From positions 1 to 45,058 of the forward strand of contig CADBEF010000002.1 of the NCBI GenBank assembly GCA_902793555.1: a DNA stretch of 45,058 nucleotides, written 5' to 3'. The translations under genes were made by a program, and so were the position numbers. This DNA comes from an uncultured bacterium (lineage in GTDB: Bacteria; Verrucomicrobiota; Kiritimatiellia; RFP12; UBA3636). Positions 18,175 to 28,600 of the stretch are shown here, piece by piece; the stretch's first letter is position 1, and every line of letters begins with the position of its first letter. Below the pieces are notes generated by a model. It was not told the DNA's origin. It made no database searches and saw nothing but the letters and a program-made list of their open reading frames with translations.

Positions 18175-20652
18175 ATGGGACGGAAACTGTTCGCCTTGCT
18201 CGTCCTCGTCGCCGCCGCCGCGAGCGGCGAGGTCTCCGTCGTGCGCGGAACGGCCCGCGCACGCGACAACGACGCCGCGAAGAGCCTCAGCGGCATCACC
18301 TACGCCGGCGGCGGCCTCTTCTACGCCGTGGCCGACGACTCCGGAACCGAAGGCGGCCTCTACACGTGCTCGATCGAGCTCGGTCCCGAGGGGACGAACA
18401 TCGTCTCGTTCTCGATCTGTTCCACGAACGAGCGCGTCAAGCTCGGCACGGCGTCGGACCTGGAGGGCGTCGCGCGAGACCCCGCCACGGGCCATGTCTG
18501 GGCGACCGACGAGGGCGGGCGCAGTATCCGCGAGTACGACCCCGCCACGGGCGAGAAGCTCCGGAGCCTCGAGATCCCCGCGATCCTTTCGAACTACCGC
18601 TACAACTTCGGCTTCGAGGCGCTCACGATCTCCGGCGACGGCCTCTCGCTCTGGACCGCCAACGAGGAGGCGCTCGCGTGCGACGGCGCGATCTCCTCGC
18701 ACGACGCCGGCACGACCGTCCGCCTCGCGAAGTTCACGCGCCGCAGCGTCCGCGACGTCTTCAGGCTCGAGGCGATGGTCGCCTACACGACCGATCCGTG
18801 GAAGAACGCCTACGACTACAAGGGAACGGCGCGCTGCGGCGTCGCCGGGCTCTGCGCGCTGCCGGACGGCTCGCTGCTCGTGCTCGAGCGCGAATTGAAC
18901 TTCAGCAGCACGGGCGGGCTGGCGCTCCTTTTCGGCAACTACCTGGGCTGGAAACTCTACCGCGTCGCGCGCCCCGATGCCGCGACGGACGTGAAGGACT
19001 GGCCGTCTCTCGCGGACGGCGGCTGGACGGGCGCGGAGAAGACGCTCCTCGCGAGCGACGGCGGCCTGCTCTACGCCACAGGCAACTTCGAGGGCGTCTG
19101 CCTCGGCCCGCTCCTCGCGAACGGCGCTCTCTCGGTCCTGCTCCTCTCCGACTCCGGCGACGGCTATTCGCGTCCGATGGTCTACCCGCTCGTCCTCTCC
19201 GGCCTCGACGTGCATACGCTCGACTTCCCGGCGCCGGACGCTTCGCTCGGCGCCGACGCGGCCGCGTCGCTCGTCGGCTCGAACTACCGGTTCCTCGCGG
19301 GCGCCCGCGTCGAGTCCTCGCTCTCCGGTTCCGCCGCGGCCGCCGCTCGCTACGCGGCGAACGGCTCGTCCGTCCCGCTCCCGCAATGGTCGCTCTCGAG
19401 CGGCGACGCGACCGGCGAGGGCGCTGTCGCGTCGTTCGAGGTCGCGGGCGACGACACGCTCCGCTGGACCGGCCTCTCCGCCGCGCAGCCCGTCGAGACG
19501 AAAGTCCTCGGATGCGACACGTTCGAGGACTACGCCGTGGGGGCGTCGGTGACCGGCGATCGCGCGGACGAGAGCGACCTCCCGGGATGGATCGGCTCGA
19601 TCTTCGTCGCCACTGGAAACATCTGCGCCGCCGTCGAGGAGGGCTCCCCCGATCCCGGGTGCGCGGGATTCCCGATGGCGAAGGCGCCGCACGAACGCGT
19701 TCTTTCCGTCCGGAACGTACGGCGGGAGTATGGGACGGCCTCCGGTCGCAACCAGAAGCTCGAGCTAATGGTGCGGGTCCCGGCGTACTTCAACGTGCTG
19801 ATCGGGGGCGACGATCCGCTTTGCGAGGACGAGAACCGATCCAGCTGGATCGCGATGCTCCACGTGGAGGACGAAGGCGGAAAACCGCTTCTTTACCACG
19901 GCGACGGGAACGGCGCATTCGTCGATTCGGCCCTCGACGCCGGGCCGTTCGCGCCCGGGGAATGGATCCGGCTCGGGTTTCTGCTGGACGTCACGACCGA
20001 CCCGGGCGGTCGCGCGTTCGTTGAGGTGAGCGTCGACGGCACTCCCGTCTCCTCGACGAACGGCCTCGTTTCGCCTTCGAACCCCGTGCTGGCGGACGGA
20101 GGAACCTGGCATCTGGCGGGACCGGACACGACGTTCTGGGGCGGAATCACCTATCTCGCGCTGACGGGGCCCGACGACGGGTTCGCCGTCGACGACGTCC
20201 TGCTCGCGGAAGCGGACTTCCCGACCGAATCGACGCCCGGCTACGTCCGCGCCGACGGCGTGCCGTCGGACTGGATCCGCGCGCGCGGCCTCGACCCCGT
20301 CTTCGCGGACCTCTCCGCCCCGACCGCGATCCGCGATGGCGACCGCGTCTACACGCTGGGCGACGCCTTTACCGCCGGCGTCGACCCGGACGGGACCGAC
20401 CCGTTGCGCGAGGCGGCGGTCGAGCTTCTTCCCGACGGCCGCGTCCGCATCGTCCTCAATGGCATCCGACCCGACAACGCGGCCGCCTACGCCGTCTACG
20501 GCGCGGCCGATCTCGCCGCGCTTTCGACCGACGATCCGTCGCGCCTCGTCCCCGGCGCGTTCCAACCGGACTCCGCGACGGGCCGGACCGTCTGGACCAG
20601 CGACGAGCCCGTCGGCGACGCCGCCTTCTTCCGGGTCAAGGCCTCGCGCTAG
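18175..20652 (+). CDS. Secreted protein with an N-terminal phytase-like esterase beta-propeller and PVC-type C-terminal modules
   Basis: Signal peptide; [43 protein letters not shown]; C-terminal DGVPSDW..GLDP / GVDP and FFRVK. Confidence 0.78.
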   Translation: MGRKLFALLVLVAAAASGEVSVVRGTARARDNDAAKSLSGITYAGGGLFYAVADDSGTEGGLYTCSIELGPEGTNIVSFSICSTNERVKLGTASDLEGVARDPATGHVWATDEGGRSIREYDPATGEKLRSLEIPAILSNYRYNFGFEALTISGDGLSLWTANEEALACDGAISSHDAGTTVRLAKFTRRSVRDVFRLEAMVAYTTDPWKNAYDYKGTARCGVAGLCALPDGSLLVLERELNFSSTGGLALLFGNYLGWKLYRVARPDAATDVKDWPSLADGGWTGAEKTLLASDGGLLYATGNFEGVCLGPLLANGALSVLLLSDSGDGYSRPMVYPLVLSGLDVHTLDFPAPDASLGADAAASLVGSNYRFLAGARVESSLSGSAAAAARYAANGSSVPLPQWSLSSGDATGEGAVASFEVAGDDTLRWTGLSAAQPVETKVLGCDTFEDYAVGASVTGDRADESDLPGWIGSIFVATGNICAAVEEGSPDPGCAGFPMAKAPHERVLSVRNVRREYGTASGRNQKLELMVRVPAYFNVLIGGDDPLCEDENRSSWIAMLHVEDEGGKPLLYHGDGNGAFVDSALDAGPFAPGEWIRLGFLLDVTTDPGGRAFVEVSVDGTPVSSTNGLVSPSNPVLADGGTWHLAGPDTTFWGGITYLALTGPDDGFAVDDVLLAEADFPTESTPGYVRADGVPSDWIRARGLDPVFADLSAPTAIRDGDRVYTLGDAFTAGVDPDGTDPLREAAVELLPDGRVRIVLNGIRPDNAAAYAVYGAADLAALSTDDPSRLVPGAFQPDSATGRTVWTSDEPVGDAAFFRVKASR

Positions 20653-21716
20653 CGCCCGGCGTAGTTGCGCTCGAGCCAGGTGCGGTAGGCGCCGGTGCGG
20701 ACGGAGTCGACCCACGCGGGGTTGCCGAGGTACCAGCGCACGGTCTGCTCGAAGCCGTTCTCGGCCGTGTAGGCCTGCGTCCAGCCGAAGTCGCGCTCGA
20801 GCTTGCCGCAGTCGATCGCGTAGCGCTGGTCGTGGCCGAGGCGGTCCGTGACGTGGCGGACGAGGCTCTCGCGCGGCGCGCCGGAGGGCAGGGGCGGGGC
20901 GAGGCGGTCGACGAGGGCGCAGAGCGTCTTCACGACGTCGAGGTTCGTGCGCTCGTTGCGGCCGCCGACGCAGTAGGTCGAGCCGGACTCGGCGCGCGTC
21001 ATCACGGTCCAGATCGCGGCGCAGTGGTCTTCGACGTGGAGCCAGTCGCGCACGTTGAGGCCCGCGCCGTAGACCGGCAGCTCCTTGCCCTCGAGCGCGT
21101 TCAGGACCATGAGCGGGATCAGCTTCTCCGGGAACTGGTAGGGGCCGTAGTTGTTCGAGCAGTTCGTGATCGTGACCGGCAGTCCGTACGTGTCGTGGAA
21201 CGCGCGGACGAGGTGGTCCGAGGACGCCTTCGACGCCGAGTACGGGCTGTGCGGCGCGTAGGGCGTCGTCTCCGAGAAGAAGCCCGTCGGACCGAGCGAT
21301 CCGAACACCTCGTCGGTGGAGACGTGGTGGAAGAGCGACAGCGCGGCGCCGCGTTCGCGCGCGGCCTGCAGGAGGTTGAACGTGCCGACGATGTTCGTCT
21401 GCACGAAGTCGTCCGGCGCGACGATCGAGCGGTCGACGTGGCTCTCCGCGGCGAAGTGCACGATCGCGTCGATCTCGTACCGATCGAGCGCCTCGCGCAC
21501 GGCCGCCGCGTCGCGGATGTCGGCGTGGAGGAAGACGTAGCGGCCGCCGAACGTCGCGGCGACGTCCGCGAGGCTCTCCGCGTTGCCCGCGTAGGTGAGC
21601 GCATCGTAGTTGACGATGCGCCCGGCGAAGTCCGTCTTCTCGAAGACGTGGCGGATGAAGTTGGAGCCGATGAAGCCGGCGCCGCCGGTGACGAGGAGGT
21701 TCCGGAACGTCCGCAT
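20649..21716 (-). CDS. rfbB: dTDP-glucose 4,6-dehydratase (RmlB)
   Basis: [53 protein letters not shown]. Confidence 0.97.
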   Translation of the reverse strand: MRTFRNLLVTGGAGFIGSNFIRHVFEKTDFAGRIVNYDALTYAGNAESLADVAATFGGRYVFLHADIRDAAAVREALDRYEIDAIVHFAAESHVDRSIVAPDDFVQTNIVGTFNLLQAARERGAALSLFHHVSTDEVFGSLGPTGFFSETTPYAPHSPYSASKASSDHLVRAFHDTYGLPVTITNCSNNYGPYQFPEKLIPLMVLNALEGKELPVYGAGLNVRDWLHVEDHCAAIWTVMTRAESGSTYCVGGRNERTNLDVVKTLCALVDRLAPPLPSGAPRESLVRHVTDRLGHDQRYAIDCGKLERDFGWTQAYTAENGFEQTVRWYLGNPAWVDSVRTGAYRTWLERNYAGR

Positions 21717-21718
21717 GG

Positions 21719-22393
21719 CTACGCGAAGTCGTAGACGCCGTCGAGCGAGTCGATCGCGCCGAAGTGCGCGGCGATGGCGGCGTCGTAGGCGGCGGTGTGC
21801 GCGAACGCCTTCTTCATGAGGCGGAAGCGCGTGGCGAGCGAGAGCTTGCCGCCGGTGGCGCGCAGCTCGTCGAGCAGCGCGGGGTAGTCCGCCGTGTCGG
21901 TGACGGAGGCGACGCGGATGTAGTTCTTCGCGGAGGCGCGGATCATGCAGGGCCCGCCGATGTCGATGTTCGAGCGGCAGTCCTCGGGCGAGACGCCCGG
22001 CTGCGCGGCGACCTTCTGGAAGGGGTAGAGGTTGCCGACGACCATGTCGATTTCGACCGCGCCCGTGCGCTTCAGGTCCGCCTGGTGGGCGTCGTTGTAG
22101 TGCTCGCCGAGGAGGCCGAGGTAGATCTTGAAGTCGAGCGTCTTGACGAGGCCGCCCTGCATCTCGGGCTGGCCGGTGTAGTCGGAGACCTGCACGAGGT
22201 GCTCCGCGGCGGCGTCGCCGAGCGCGGCGGCGAGGGCCTTGTAGGTGCCGCCGGTGCTGAAGAAGCGGACGCCGGGGCAGGTGGCGAGGAGCCCCTTGGC
22301 GAACTCCTCGATGCCGGCCTTGTCGAACAGGCTGACGAGGACGTTGCGGACGGGGACGAGGTTGTCGATCTTGGTGACGTGGTTGAAGGCCAT
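21719..22393 (-). CDS. Stand-alone IMP cyclohydrolase (MGS-like N-terminal half of PurH), 224 aa
   Basis: [61 protein letters not shown], then stop; no transformylase domain. Confidence 0.88.
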   Translation of the reverse strand: MAFNHVTKIDNLVPVRNVLVSLFDKAGIEEFAKGLLATCPGVRFFSTGGTYKALAAALGDAAAEHLVQVSDYTGQPEMQGGLVKTLDFKIYLGLLGEHYNDAHQADLKRTGAVEIDMVVGNLYPFQKVAAQPGVSPEDCRSNIDIGGPCMIRASAKNYIRVASVTDTADYPALLDELRATGGKLSLATRFRLMKKAFAHTAAYDAAIAAHFGAIDSLDGVYDFA

Positions 22394-22518
22394 GGCGGGG
22401 TTCCTTGTGGGGTGGAGGGCCGTGATTCTACCACGTGGCGCGCCGGGAATCAACGGGCTCCGCCGGCGCGCGAATTTCGTCTTCCTTTCGCTTCCGATTT
22501 CCGCTATACTCCGGCTCC

Positions 22519-23475
22519 ATGAAACGATTGTCCGCCATCCTGCTCGCGATCGCCGCCGCGCCGCTTTTCGCGGAAACCCTCACGGTCGATTCGGCCGTCG
22601 CGTCCGTGAACGGCGATCCGGTGATGCTTTCCGACGTCCAGGCCGCGCTGCGGAACGGCCCGTTTCTCGAGGACGCGCGCCGCGCTCTCTCCCCGGACGC
22701 CCCGGAGGCGGACGTCGGCCGCGCCGCGTTCGCGGCCGCGCTCGCCGACCTGGAAAACCGGAAGCTGATCGTGCGGAAATACCGCGAAGGCGAGCTCCGG
22801 ATGCCGGATTACGCCGTCGACCGCGCCGCGACCGAGCGCATCGAGAAGCGCTACGGCGGCGACGTGCACGCGCTGCAGCTCGACCTGGCCCGCGAAGGCC
22901 TCACGTATTCGGAATGGAAGGACGGCATCGAGGAGAACCTGATCGTGACGATGATGCGCCAGACGTTCGTCGGCGCCAACGTCCACGTCTCGCCCGGCGA
23001 CGTCGTCCGCGCGTGGGAGACGAACCGCGCCGCCTACGTCGACGCGCCGCGCGTCCGCGTCGCGATGGCCGCGTTCCCGGCGGCCGACACGAACGCGCCG
23101 GCCGCGTTCCGGGCGCGCCTCGCCGCGGGGGAGCGTTTCGAGTTTCTCGTGTCGCAGGCGACCGCCGAACAGCGCCGCCTCGGCGCCGGCGACTACGGTT
23201 GGGTCGATCCCCGCGCGAAACTCGCGTCCGCGTTCGCGGACGCCGTGGCCGGGCTTCGGGACGGCGGCGTCGCCGAGGTCGTCCTCGGCGACGCGCGATA
23301 CCTGGTCGGCCGCCTGGAATCCGAAAAGCGAGCCGAGCCGACGCTCGAAGAAACCTGGGAGCGGATCGAGGACGACCTCTGGACGAAGGCGTCCGACGCC
23401 CTCTACGACGCGTGGATCGCGCAGCTTCGCGACGGCGCGGCGATCCGCGAGTTCGTTCCGGAGGAGCTCCGCTAG
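22519..23475 (+). CDS. SurA/PrsA-like periplasmic chaperone / parvulin PPIase
   Basis: Signal peptide, VASVNGDPVMLSDV (SurA_N), GDYGWV parvulin motif. TATACT lies 8 nt before the ATG. Confidence 0.8.
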   Translation: MKRLSAILLAIAAAPLFAETLTVDSAVASVNGDPVMLSDVQAALRNGPFLEDARRALSPDAPEADVGRAAFAAALADLENRKLIVRKYREGELRMPDYAVDRAATERIEKRYGGDVHALQLDLAREGLTYSEWKDGIEENLIVTMMRQTFVGANVHVSPGDVVRAWETNRAAYVDAPRVRVAMAAFPAADTNAPAAFRARLAAGERFEFLVSQATAEQRRLGAGDYGWVDPRAKLASAFADAVAGLRDGGVAEVVLGDARYLVGRLESEKRAEPTLEETWERIEDDLWTKASDALYDAWIAQLRDGAAIREFVPEELR

Positions 23476-23479
23476 CGCC

Positions 23480-24145
23480 ATGTTCACGGGTCTCGTCCAG
23501 CGGCGCGGTTCCCTGCTCGGCCTCGCGCGGAGCGGCGGCGGCGCCGTCGCGCGCGTCGCCTGCGCCCCCTGGGACGGCGATCCGCTCGAGCCCGGCGAAA
23601 GCGTCGCGGTGCAGGGATGCTGCCTCACCGTCGCGGCCGTGCGCGCGGACGGTTTCGACGCGGACGTGCTCGACGAGACGCTGCGCGCCACCGCGCTCGG
23701 CGGGCTGCGCGCCGGCGCCGCCGTGAACCTCGAGCGGGCGCTCCGCGCTTCCGACCGCCTCGGCGGACATCTCGTGCTGGGCCACGTCGACGCGACCGCG
23801 GCGCTCGAGTCCGTCGAGCGCGCCGGCCGCGACTGGCGCCTTCGCCTGCGTTGCGGGGACGCGGCCGCCGCGCGGTACGTCGTCTACAAGGGCTCCGTCG
23901 CGCTCGACGGCGTGAGCCTCACCGTGAGCGCCGTCCCCGCGCCCGGGCTCTTCGAGGTGAACGTCATCCCGACCACGTGGCGGGAAACGTCGCTCTCCGA
24001 GCGCCGCCCCGGCGACAGGGTCAACCTCGAAACCGACATTCTCGCCCGCTACGTCGAGGCGCTGCTCGCGCCGGCCGCCGGCGCGAAGCCCGTCACGATG
24101 GAGCTGTTGCGCGCGGCCGGTTTCGCTTCGAATGCCGAACGATGA
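23480..24145 (+). CDS. ribE: Riboflavin synthase (alpha chain)
   Basis: MFTGLV, GESVAVQGCCLTV, VNLERAL, RLGGHLVLGHVD, KGSVALDGVSLTV, VNLETDILARY. Confidence 0.95.
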   Translation: MFTGLVQRRGSLLGLARSGGGAVARVACAPWDGDPLEPGESVAVQGCCLTVAAVRADGFDADVLDETLRATALGGLRAGAAVNLERALRASDRLGGHLVLGHVDATAALESVERAGRDWRLRLRCGDAAAARYVVYKGSVALDGVSLTVSAVPAPGLFEVNVIPTTWRETSLSERRPGDRVNLETDILARYVEALLAPAAGAKPVTMELLRAAGFASNAER

Positions 24146-24185
24146 ATGCCGAAGGATGAGTTCCAGATCCGAAATCTGGAATTCG
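24130..24185. repeat. Degenerate 7-bp tandem array over the ribE stop, plus a small hairpin
   Basis: GAATGCC GAACGAT GAATGCC GAAGGAT GAGTTCC AGATCCG AAATCTG GAATTCG; TTCCAGAT/ATCTGGAA inverted repeat. Confidence 0.7.
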
Positions 24186-24203
24186 ATTGCGAAAGGTCTT
24201 GAG

Positions 24204-24947
24204 ATGAAGAAGTCCGCTCCAGCGAAGAAAGCCGCGCCGAAGAAGGCGCCCGCGAAGAAGTCGGCGCCTGCGAAGAAAGGCGCGACGAAGGCATCTGCAC
24301 CCGCGAAGAAGCCCGCCGCGCCCCGGGTCCACCGCGTCCGCGTCTCGTGCGCCGACGGGCCGTGGTGGGACGGCGAGGAGTGCGTGCGCTTCGTCGAGAT
24401 GTCCGAGTCGTCCAACCTCTACGACCTGCACGTCGCGATCCAGGCGGCCGTGGACTTCGACGAAGAGGGCCCGTTCTTCTTCTTCCTCGCCGAGGACTGC
24501 GACACCGAGGAGCGGGAAATGCTGCCCGCGTCCCTCCCGGTCGATCCGCAGAAGGCGGAGATCGACGACGACGTCTACGAGGAGATGAAGCTCCTCGACA
24601 ATCTCCCGCGCACGGGCCTGCGCCGCCTCTTCTACGCGTTCAAGTCCGAGGACGGCGACTGGTTCTTCGAGGTCCGGCACACGGGCGCCGTTTCGGACGC
24701 GAAGCCGGGCGAATACTATCCACTGCCCGTCGAGAGCCTCGCCGTCGGGCCGAACCCGACGCAGTACGGCCACGATTTCGACGATTTCGCCGAGGACCCC
24801 GACGCGTTCCGGCCGCCCGAACGGGGCGGCGCGCCGGACGACGACGAGGAGAATCCCTACGGCGACGACGACGGCTACGGCGACGGCGAAGACGAAGGAG
24901 ACGGCGACGGGGGTTTCGACGACGGCTCCGACGGCGACGACTGGTAG
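24204..24947 (+). CDS. Hypothetical protein: histone-H1-like basic N-tail, pRiA4b ORF3-like core, acidic C-tail
   Basis: [12 protein letters not shown] repeats; [14 protein letters not shown] and Y.F..GDW.FEV core motifs; D/G-rich end. Confidence 0.7.
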   Translation: MKKSAPAKKAAPKKAPAKKSAPAKKGATKASAPAKKPAAPRVHRVRVSCADGPWWDGEECVRFVEMSESSNLYDLHVAIQAAVDFDEEGPFFFFLAEDCDTEEREMLPASLPVDPQKAEIDDDVYEEMKLLDNLPRTGLRRLFYAFKSEDGDWFFEVRHTGAVSDAKPGEYYPLPVESLAVGPNPTQYGHDFDDFAEDPDAFRPPERGGAPDDDEENPYGDDDGYGDGEDEGDGDGGFDDGSDGDDW

Positions 24948-24964
24948 GGAAGGAGAGGATTCCG

Positions 24965-25534
24965 ATGAACGGAGAACGCGTGCAAGCTCTCGTCCGCGAG
25001 CTTCTGCTCGAAATCGGCGAAGACCCGGACCGCGACGGCCTGCGGAAAACGCCGGAGCGCGTCGCGAGGGCGATCGCGCACCTGACCCGCGGCTACTCGG
25101 AGAAGCCGCACGACGTCGTGAACGGCGCCGTGTTCGAGTCGGGCAGCGACAACATGGTCGTCGTGCGCGACATCGACGTCTACAGCCTCTGCGAACACCA
25201 CCTGCTGCCCTTCTTCGGCCACTGCCACGTGGGCTACATCTCGCGCGGCAAGGTGCTCGGCGTGAGCAAGATCGCCCGCATCGTCGACTGCCTCGCCGCG
25301 CGCCTCCAGATCCAGGAGCGGCTCACGAGCGAAATCGCCCGCGCCGTGCGCGACGAGACCGGCGCCGAAGGCGTCGGCGTCGTGATGGAGTGCCAGCATC
25401 TCTGCATGATGATGCGCGGCGTCGAGAAGCAGAACTCGATGATGGCCACGAGCAGCGTGCTCGGCTCGTTCCACGACGACCCCGCCACGCGCGCGGAGTT
25501 CCTCGCGGTGGTCGGCCGCAGCCACCACCGCTAG
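24965..25534 (+). CDS. folE: GTP cyclohydrolase I
   Basis: [55 protein letters not shown]. Confidence 0.97.
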   Translation: MNGERVQALVRELLLEIGEDPDRDGLRKTPERVARAIAHLTRGYSEKPHDVVNGAVFESGSDNMVVVRDIDVYSLCEHHLLPFFGHCHVGYISRGKVLGVSKIARIVDCLAARLQIQERLTSEIARAVRDETGAEGVGVVMECQHLCMMMRGVEKQNSMMATSSVLGSFHDDPATRAEFLAVVGRSHHR

Positions 25535-25608
25535 ACCGGTTCGGGAAGACCATGGCCGGGAGGGCGCGCATCCCCGCGCGCTTCCGTCGCGGAATTGCCG
25601 GAACCGCT

Positions 25609-28600
25609 TCAGCCGAGCTGGCGGGCGACGCGGAGAAATTCGGTGGCGCTCCAGGCCTGCGCGTCGCAGCCGCGGCCGGCGTGCGGCGCGTCGCCGTCCA
25701 TGATCTCGGGGATCTGCCCGATGCAGCCCTCCTCGAGGAGCGGCAGCGCGGAGGCGAGCAGCGAGCGCGCGGCGGGGACCGCGGACTGGCCGTAGACCTT
25801 CACGAGCGCTTCGGCGTAGGCCGGGAACGGCCACGGCCAGGCGGTTCCGTTGTGGTAGGCGGGCTTGCGGCGCGTGTCCTCGTCGCCCTCGTAGCGCCCC
25901 CAGTAGGGCGCGTTCGGGTCGTTGAGGAGCGCGCCGTTCGCGCCGCGGACCGGCAGCGCGAACGCGGTGCGGCCCGGGGCGAGCGTGCGGATCGCGCCGG
26001 GGACGAGCAACCGCTCCGCGGACGCGACGACGGCGCGCGCGGCGGGGTGGTCCGCGTCGATCGCGCCGAGCGTGACGGCGAAGAGCTGGTTGCAGCGCAG
26101 ATGGTCGTCCGCGACGGCGTCCGCCGCGGGGCGGTAGCCGCCCGGCGCGTGCCGGCAGTCGGAGAGGAAGCCGCGTTCCGGCGCCCAGAAGAGGCGCGGC
26201 AGCGACGCGCGCGCGGTGTCGCGCAGACCCCGCCACGGGCCCTTCGGCTCGATCTTCGCGGCGAGCGAGAGCGCGGCGATCCAGAGCGCCTGGATCTCGA
26301 CCGGGTAGCCTTCGCGCGGCGTGCCGGCCGGCCAGTTCGTGTCCATCCACGTGAAGTGCGGCGGCGAGAAGACGAGCGCGGTGGCGGGGTCGACGCGGAT
26401 GCCGTTCGGCGTGCCGTCGAGATACCCGCGGAGGATCCGGAGGACGACCTTCGCGAGGTCGGGCGGCGGCTTGCCGCGCCCGGCCTCGCCCGCGACCACG
26501 CAGAACCACAGCGGGGCGTCGGAGGTGTCGCGGTTGGATGCGTCGGCGCCGCAGATCATGTTGGGCAGCGTGCCGCGGTCCTCGAAGTCGCCGAACTTGC
26601 GCAGGACCGCGAGCGCGACGTCGGAGAGGCCGTCCGCGAGCAGGCCGCGCAGCGCGATGAACGTGTCGCGCCCCCAGTCGAGGAACCACGGGTAGCCGGC
26701 GATCACGGTCGGCGCGTCCTCGCGGACGGCGAGGAAGGTGCGCGCCGAAGCGGCCAAGGCTGCTTCAAAGCCGCCTTTGGCGGCGTTCGCAGGTTCGCAG
26801 GTTTGCAGGTTCGCTGGTTGAACGTGCGAACTTGCGAACTTGCGAACTTGTGAACCGTCGTCCGGCACGCCTGCGTGCAGGACGACGGCGTCCCCGCCCG
26901 CGAGAGTCGCGGAGAACCAGCCGGGGCTGAAGAGGTCGGTGGAGCCGTCCTGGCCGCGCGCGGCCTCGTCCGGATGCGCGACCATGTAGTGCCATTCCGG
27001 TTCCGCGACGAAGCGGCCGCCGTCGAGCCGGACCGACAGCGGGACGCGGCCGGGGGGCGCGAACACGAAGCCGGCGGGCTCGGGTCGGACGGCGGCGGGG
27101 AATTCGCGCTCGGGGCCGGTGAAGGCCTTCGTCTTCCCGTGGAAGGAGCGCGATTCGACGTCGGGCCGGAGGATCAGCTCGACGGACTCGGCGTCGTCCG
27201 GGCGCGCGGGGTCTCCGCCGCCGGGCTCGCGCGAGAAGGAGAACGCGGCGCGGTTCTCGCCGGGGACGAGGCGCAGCTCGGCCGCGAGGGCGATCGTGCG
27301 GCCGGTGCCGACGGGCGCGTCGAAGGTCCAGCGCACGGCGTCGGGCCCGGCGCGGAACGAGCGCAGGCACGCGGCGTCGAGCGGCGTGGAGAAGCCGTGG
27401 TTCACGATCCACGCGCGGAGGCGCGGCAGCAACACGACGCGGTCGCACGGGACGGCGGGGTCGGGGTTGGCGGCGAGCAGCGCGTCGTATTGGCTGCGGA
27501 CTTCGCCGAAGCGGGCGCGGACGTGCGCCATCGCGCCGCGGCCGTTGACAAGGAGCGCCGTGAAGTCGCCGCGGCGGACCTCGGCGCCGGACTTCTCGAG
27601 GCGCGGGGCGCGGCAGCGCGCGGGCAGGACCTGCAGCGCGACCGTGCCGCGCAGCGGGCGGTCGGGCGCGGAGAGCTCGAGGCGGAGCGTGGCGGGGACG
27701 GGCTCGTCCGCGTCCGTGGCGGGGTGGTCGACGAACGCGGCGTGCGAGCCGTCCGCGAGCGCGAACGAGCCGGCGCTCTTGCGGAGCGAACGGCCGCCGG
27801 CCGCGTATTCGAGGTGCGCGCGGAACGGCGCGGCGGCTCGCACCAGGAGGAAGTTGCCGGCCGGGAGCGGGACGACGCGGCGCTCGTCCTCGGGGAAGCG
27901 GCAGGTCGTGACGGGCGGCATCGCGCCGTCCGGGAGGAAGCGGCGCACCGCGGCGAGCGGGTCGCCCGCGAGCTCGTCCGCGAGTGCGTCGACGTCCTCG
28001 TCCGGATCGAGCGGGCGGCCCCGCGTGAGCACGCGGCGCAGGCGCAGCGCGGCCATGCGAAGCTCCTGGCGGCGCACAGCCGCGGGCGGCTCGCGCGAGG
28101 GCGGTGCCGCGAGCGCGGCGTCGAGCGCGGCAAGATCGGAGGCCTGTTTCGACAGGCAGAGGACTTGGCCGGGAGCGAGAGTCGTGGTTGAAGAGGTCGA
28201 AAAGGTTGAAGGGGCTCCGGTTTCGGTCGTCGAGTCGAAGAGGACGGTCGCGCCGGCGGCGTCGAAGCCATGCCAGGAGACGGGTTGCTCGCGGTCCGGG
28301 TCGAGATTCGCGAGAACCAACAATTCAACCCTTTCAACCGCTTCCACTCCGCGCGCGCTGCGCAACAGCGCGAGCGAATTGCCGTCCCCGTGCTGGACCA
28401 TCTCGACGTGCGCGCCGGCGCCGAAGGCGGGATGGGTCGCGAGGAGTGCGTTGAGGCGGCGGAGGGCGGCGACCTGGTTGTCGGGCGCGCCCCAGCGCAG
28501 GGCGGAGGCGCCGTGGACGTCGACCTTCTCGTCCGCGAACCACTCGACGCCGTTCGTGATGCCGAAGCAACCCTGCTGCGAGGCGAGCGCCGCGAGGGCG

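Noticed and set aside
11633-26856. Short tandem arrays as a possible CRISPR
   Set aside because: Units are 7-9 bp and contiguous with no unique spacers; no cas genes in the window.
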